Assembly: GCA_964472785.1 (NCBI GenBank)
Contig: CAYYMH010000001.1
Span: forward strand, 13,244-77,243
Length of the DNA stretch: 64,000 nt
Origin: an uncultured Cytophagia bacterium
GTDB taxonomy: Bacteria > Zhuqueibacterota > Zhuqueibacteria > Thermofontimicrobiales > Thermofontimicrobiaceae
Reading direction: 5' to 3'
The position numbers were made by a program, and so were the translations under genes. Below, piece after piece: positions 60,350 through 64,000 of the stretch (positions are counted from its first letter, which is position 1; each line of letters starts with the position of its first letter). Below the pieces are notes generated by a model. That model worked only from the letters and a program-made list of their open reading frames with translations, searched no databases and was not told the DNA's origin.

Positions 60350-61150
60350 ATGGTGAAAAGAAATCTTCTTTTTTCACATTTTCTGGTTATTATCTTTTTA
60401 TCTCACAACCTCCTCCACTCACAGAGCATTACTGATACAGACAATAACTTGAAGAACTATTTTGATAACAAATTTTATTTCGGCGCAATAGCGGGCATTT
60501 CGAGTCTTCGAGTTCTGCCTCATTTTTTTATCGAAGACGAAATTTCAGAATTGCCCCGAATAAACATGTTTACGTATGGAGCTCGTATCGGGAAAAGATT
60601 TTTCTTCCATGAAAGCATTTTTATACTTATTGAAGCCGGTTTTTGTCACGGAAAAGGTCAATTGGAAGTCGAGCTTACTGACCGATATAATCCCTCTAAT
60701 CAAAAAAGAAACGTAAAAAGAGATGTCTCAAATACCATGTTTGGAGGAGTATTAGGCTTATGGGCTCCGATTTATCAGAATTTCAATAATCAATCCCTAT
60801 TTGCCCCCAAAGCCATCCTCGTAGACATAAAAATCGGTGGCGATATTATGCTAATACGGGAGGATACGAACCAATCATATCACAAAACATATATTACGCC
60901 AGAGGGTGGTCAAATAACAATTACCGGACATTATGATGAGGAAATAATTGAGGCTGATGATCGGGTTCTATTTTCAATCGGCTTGGGACTTGATTATGTG
61001 TTAAGCCGCCATTTTCTGGTCAAGCTGGAAGCGAACATCGGTGCCTATCCTGTATCAGGTCCCGGCAACGCCCAAGGGGAACCTACAGGTCCACCGGATG
61101 AGTGGGGCAACAATCGGTCACTACTCATCGGTCTCGATTTTATTTTATGA
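60350..61150 (+). CDS. secreted hypothetical protein, possibly an outer-membrane beta-barrel
   Basis: signal peptide and C-terminal alternating hydrophobic pattern ending ...GLDFIL. Confidence 0.45.
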   Translation: MVKRNLLFSHFLVIIFLSHNLLHSQSITDTDNNLKNYFDNKFYFGAIAGISSLRVLPHFFIEDEISELPRINMFTYGARIGKRFFFHESIFILIEAGFCHGKGQLEVELTDRYNPSNQKRNVKRDVSNTMFGGVLGLWAPIYQNFNNQSLFAPKAILVDIKIGGDIMLIREDTNQSYHKTYITPEGGQITITGHYDEEIIEADDRVLFSIGLGLDYVLSRHFLVKLEANIGAYPVSGPGNAQGEPTGPPDEWGNNRSLLIGLDFIL

Positions 61151-61345
61151 TCCGACACATTTGAGCAATGCATAAACGAAAAATGATGGTTCAGGCATCT
61201 GTCATAAATGGATTCTTAAAAAACATCTTCACCGATTTTGAAAGACGTGCCGGTGAATTTAATGCACAAAGTGAATTCTACCGGCGGCAATTCCGCTATC
61301 GCTGCGTTAAACGGCAGTCGATGTGCTACGGCTGGTCTTGTTTTT

Positions 61346-62263
61346 TCATAATGTCTGATCCAATTCCCTTAACGTGTAATTCAATCCTAATACCAGCCTG
61401 GCAAATTTCTTAAAATTCAAATGATCAATTTTATCTTCGGCAGTGTGATAATACGGATTCCGGAAAAATGCGGTGTCGGTGAGCATCAGCGCCGGATAAT
61501 CATATTTCCAAAACGACGCATGGTCCGAGAGATCAACGCCGGGCATAAACGAATTTGCAATTAAAAACTCCACTTTAGCCAGTGAAGTGTCTTTTAATTT
61601 TTTTACAAACGCTTCGGTGAATTTTTCTGAGTGCTTGTTTCCCACCACACCGATGAAATTTCCCCGTTCGGGATACGCCATTTTCATCTCTGCCAATGGA
61701 TACTCCTGACTATTCGGTTCCTCAGAAAAATAGCCTAACATTTCAAACGCCACCATCCCGATAATATTATCCTGATTTTCCCGGCATTTTTTCGCATAAG
61801 CCATACTGCCCATTTTATCCGTTCCGAAAAACGGCGGCTCCTCCAACGTAAACGCCACAAACCGGATCGTCTTCTGGTTTTGATAATCTTCCAGTAACCT
61901 GATTATTTCCAACAAGGCGGCAATACCTGTCGCATTATCATCTGCTCCCGGAGAATCGAGTACCGTGTCATAATGAGCGCCAAGAATAAATATTTCATCT
62001 GGTTCGTCAGTTCCTTTCTTTTCAAGGATCAGATTATGAACGGCTTTACCAGTTACCGAATATTCCTGCTTCTCAACGCAAAATTTGAACGCCGTTATCG
62101 AGTCGAAAATATATTCTGAGGCTTTAACCAATGCTGAATAATGACCCAAATTACGTGCACCAATATTTTGAGATAAGAAGGCGACATGATCGGCCAACCG
62201 CTGCTCTAAATATTCAATCTGTTTTGATTCAAATCCCGATTTTATTTTCCGTGTGAAAAGCAT
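61346..62263 (-). CDS. M28-family zinc peptidase
   Basis: GAHYDTV and GADDNATG metal-binding motifs. Confidence 0.75.
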   Translation of the reverse strand: MLFTRKIKSGFESKQIEYLEQRLADHVAFLSQNIGARNLGHYSALVKASEYIFDSITAFKFCVEKQEYSVTGKAVHNLILEKKGTDEPDEIFILGAHYDTVLDSPGADDNATGIAALLEIIRLLEDYQNQKTIRFVAFTLEEPPFFGTDKMGSMAYAKKCRENQDNIIGMVAFEMLGYFSEEPNSQEYPLAEMKMAYPERGNFIGVVGNKHSEKFTEAFVKKLKDTSLAKVEFLIANSFMPGVDLSDHASFWKYDYPALMLTDTAFFRNPYYHTAEDKIDHLNFKKFARLVLGLNYTLRELDQTL

Positions 62264-62319
62264 TTAATAACGTCTTCCTTTTCCATTATTAGTTGATAGG
62301 TTATCAGGGACTTTGAATT

Positions 62320-63432
62320 TTAATTATCTTGCATCGTTCCAGTCTTTTCCCCATCCAACGTGAGATATTCTTTCATCAAGTTTACCGTCAAACATGAGTG
62401 AACTGGCAAAATAGCAATCAGATCGCCGATGTTGATTCGATCAAAAAAATCTTTCTCCGCTCTGATGATACCGTGTTCTTGTGATAATTTTGAAACATAG
62501 TTCTCTTCGTTAATTGTGCCCCAGCCGTCTTCTATCAATTCGGTGGCATAGCCGAACATTTTTCTACCGACTTTGTCAGTAATAAATTCTTTGGACAAAT
62601 GCACCGCACCGCCATGTACAACGATTTCCAAACGATCCGCGTGTTTGGCAACCACCGGACAGGCTAAGGCAACCGCAATTTGCTCCTCGGAACACACTCC
62701 GAGCCGAAGCTGCATCACATCATAAAACACAAAATTGCCGGGCCGGATTTCATCCACATCACTGAAATCATCGATAACACTACATCCTGGCGTATCCCAC
62801 ACCGAAATTTTCACATCACGATGGCCAAACCGAGTCAACAAGTCAGCTCCGGCTTGCATCCGGCTGGCGGTTTCAAAGTAGATGTGCTTAATTTCATCCA
62901 CAGAAGAAGTGCTGTAAGTATGCCCCGCATGTGTCAACAATCCGGCCAACTGCAAATTACCAAATTGACCAATTTCCTGAGCCAGCGCTTTGATATCCTT
63001 GTGATTATCCCAAGCCACTCCGGTTCGCTGCGCGCCCACATCAATCTTAATCCACACATCAGTCTTATTTCTCAAATTCTCACCCAAAAATCGAACTGCC
63101 TCCAGCGACTCCACCAGCAGATTGAGTTTGATCTTGTTTGAAAGTTGATTGATCTGCTCAATTTCCCGGATATTCACCGGAAAAGCCACCGTGATATCCT
63201 TCCATCCATGCCGGGCAAAATAATCCGCCATCTTTACTGAGGATACGGTGATTTTATCAACACCGGCATCCCGGAACCATTCTCCGATTTCGGCGGATTG
63301 ATGGGTTTTGAAGTGGGGGCGGAAGGTGACTCTATTATTGGCTACTTTTCTGGTCATGTTTTTAATGTTATGCTTGGTTCTTCGGGAATTTAGAAGTAAA
63401 GTTGGTGTAACGATATTTGATCCATGATTCAT
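62320..63432 (-). CDS. alanine-racemase-fold PLP enzyme of the D-threonine aldolase / D-serine dehydratase (DSD1) family
   Basis: TPTLLL...RPHFKTH with the PLP lysine, and a C-terminal beta domain. Confidence 0.68.
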   Translation of the reverse strand: MNHGSNIVTPTLLLNSRRTKHNIKNMTRKVANNRVTFRPHFKTHQSAEIGEWFRDAGVDKITVSSVKMADYFARHGWKDITVAFPVNIREIEQINQLSNKIKLNLLVESLEAVRFLGENLRNKTDVWIKIDVGAQRTGVAWDNHKDIKALAQEIGQFGNLQLAGLLTHAGHTYSTSSVDEIKHIYFETASRMQAGADLLTRFGHRDVKISVWDTPGCSVIDDFSDVDEIRPGNFVFYDVMQLRLGVCSEEQIAVALACPVVAKHADRLEIVVHGGAVHLSKEFITDKVGRKMFGYATELIEDGWGTINEENYVSKLSQEHGIIRAEKDFFDRINIGDLIAILPVHSCLTVNLMKEYLTLDGEKTGTMQDN

Positions 63433-63462
63433 TACATTCCTTTCAATTCCAAATGGATAAAA

Positions 63463-64000
63463 TTAAAGCGACATAATTTTTTCTATCTCCTTAAAAATCC
63501 CATCCACCTCATCCTCCGTATTATAAAAATGCGGCGAAATACGAATCCCCGCATCCGGGCGCCAATCAATCAGAAAATCGCGCTTCAACAATTCCTTTGA
63601 GATCTGTTCGCTGTTTTTCATTTGGACGACCACGGTTCCGCCGCGTTTTTTGGAGTCGAGCGGGCTGTTGATTCGGAAACCGTGTTCCCGCGCTTTTTGG
63701 ATAATCCGTTCAGTGAGTTGAAGGGAACGCTGGCGGATGTTTGGCACGCCGATTTCCCGGATGATTTCGTAACCGGCTTTTACAGCGTACAGTGTTGGTA
63801 AATGGGGCGATCCGTTCAAAAATTTGAAGGCGAGGTTATCGGTGTATCGCATCTCACTCTCAAAAGCGAACGGTTCCGCATGCGCCATCCAGCCAGTGAG
63901 TCGGGGCTGCAATTTGGCGCCCAGATCGGGCCGGACATACAGGTATGACGCACCCGGTCCGCCGCACAGCCATTTGATTGATCCGCCAACCACAAAATCC
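63463..64000 (-). CDS. class-V-fold PLP-dependent enzyme, kynureninase-like, C-terminal part; the gene continues past the window end
   Basis: C-terminal domain pattern (TGWMAHAEPFAFE...); truncated by the window. Confidence 0.5.
   Translation of the reverse strand, partial: DFVVGGSIKWLCGGPGASYLYVRPDLGAKLQPRLTGWMAHAEPFAFESEMRYTDNLAFKFLNGSPHLPTLYAVKAGYEIIREIGVPNIRQRSLQLTERIIQKAREHGFRINSPLDSKKRGGTVVVQMKNSEQISKELLKRDFLIDWRPDAGIRISPHFYNTEDEVDGIFKEIEKIMSL

Noticed and set aside
61168-61413. 81-aa plus-strand ORF
   Set aside because: It overlaps the start region of the well-supported M28 peptidase gene on the opposite strand; no support.
1-64000. tRNA, rRNA, tmRNA, RNase P or SRP RNA genes
   Set aside because: No conserved T-loop (GTTCGAATC-like) context with acceptor pairing or other hallmark sequences was found by eye. 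This is not an exhaustive scan, so absence is tentative.

Overview
This 64-kb window comes from a low-GC, apparently anaerobic bacterium. Two secreted proteins carry type-IX-secretion (Por) C-terminal sorting domains, so a Bacteroidota/Ignavibacteria/Calditrichia-like lineage of the FCB superphylum is inferred. About 50 protein-coding genes are recognisable. A housekeeping block runs folC, an orphan MalK-like ABC ATPase, rho, rpmE, a DUF1385 gene, prfA, prmC and a PMM/PGM gene. A regulatory block holds a HEAT-repeat protein, a zf-HC2 anti-sigma-like protein, two sigma-54 activators, a giant double BadF/BcrA-type ATPase ('CoA-enzyme activase') fusion and a STAS antagonist. The rest includes mutL, miaA, a LOG-family gene, two T9SS cargo proteins (one an HExxH protease), lon, ktrAB-like K+ uptake genes, one IS630-family insertion sequence, a ClC channel, a MOFRL glycerate kinase, an M20 hydrolase, a ParA-like ATPase, lspA, and an AT-rich repeat-laden noncoding island with an orphan ribbon-helix-helix gene. 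Window coordinates 49.9-60.3 kb form a redox cluster. It begins with a DRTGG / GHKL-kinase / HydS-like sensory [FeFe]-hydrogenase-like module. This is followed by NuoE-, NuoF- and NuoG-like (Bfu-type) genes, an embedded secreted SnoaL-like gene, and nfnA-nfnB. No catalytic hydrogenase or formate-dehydrogenase active site is present. No rRNA, tRNA or CRISPR array was recognised by eye. Other notable items are a ~195-bp MITE-like element with terminal inverted repeats in two diverged copies and several highly structured intergenic elements.
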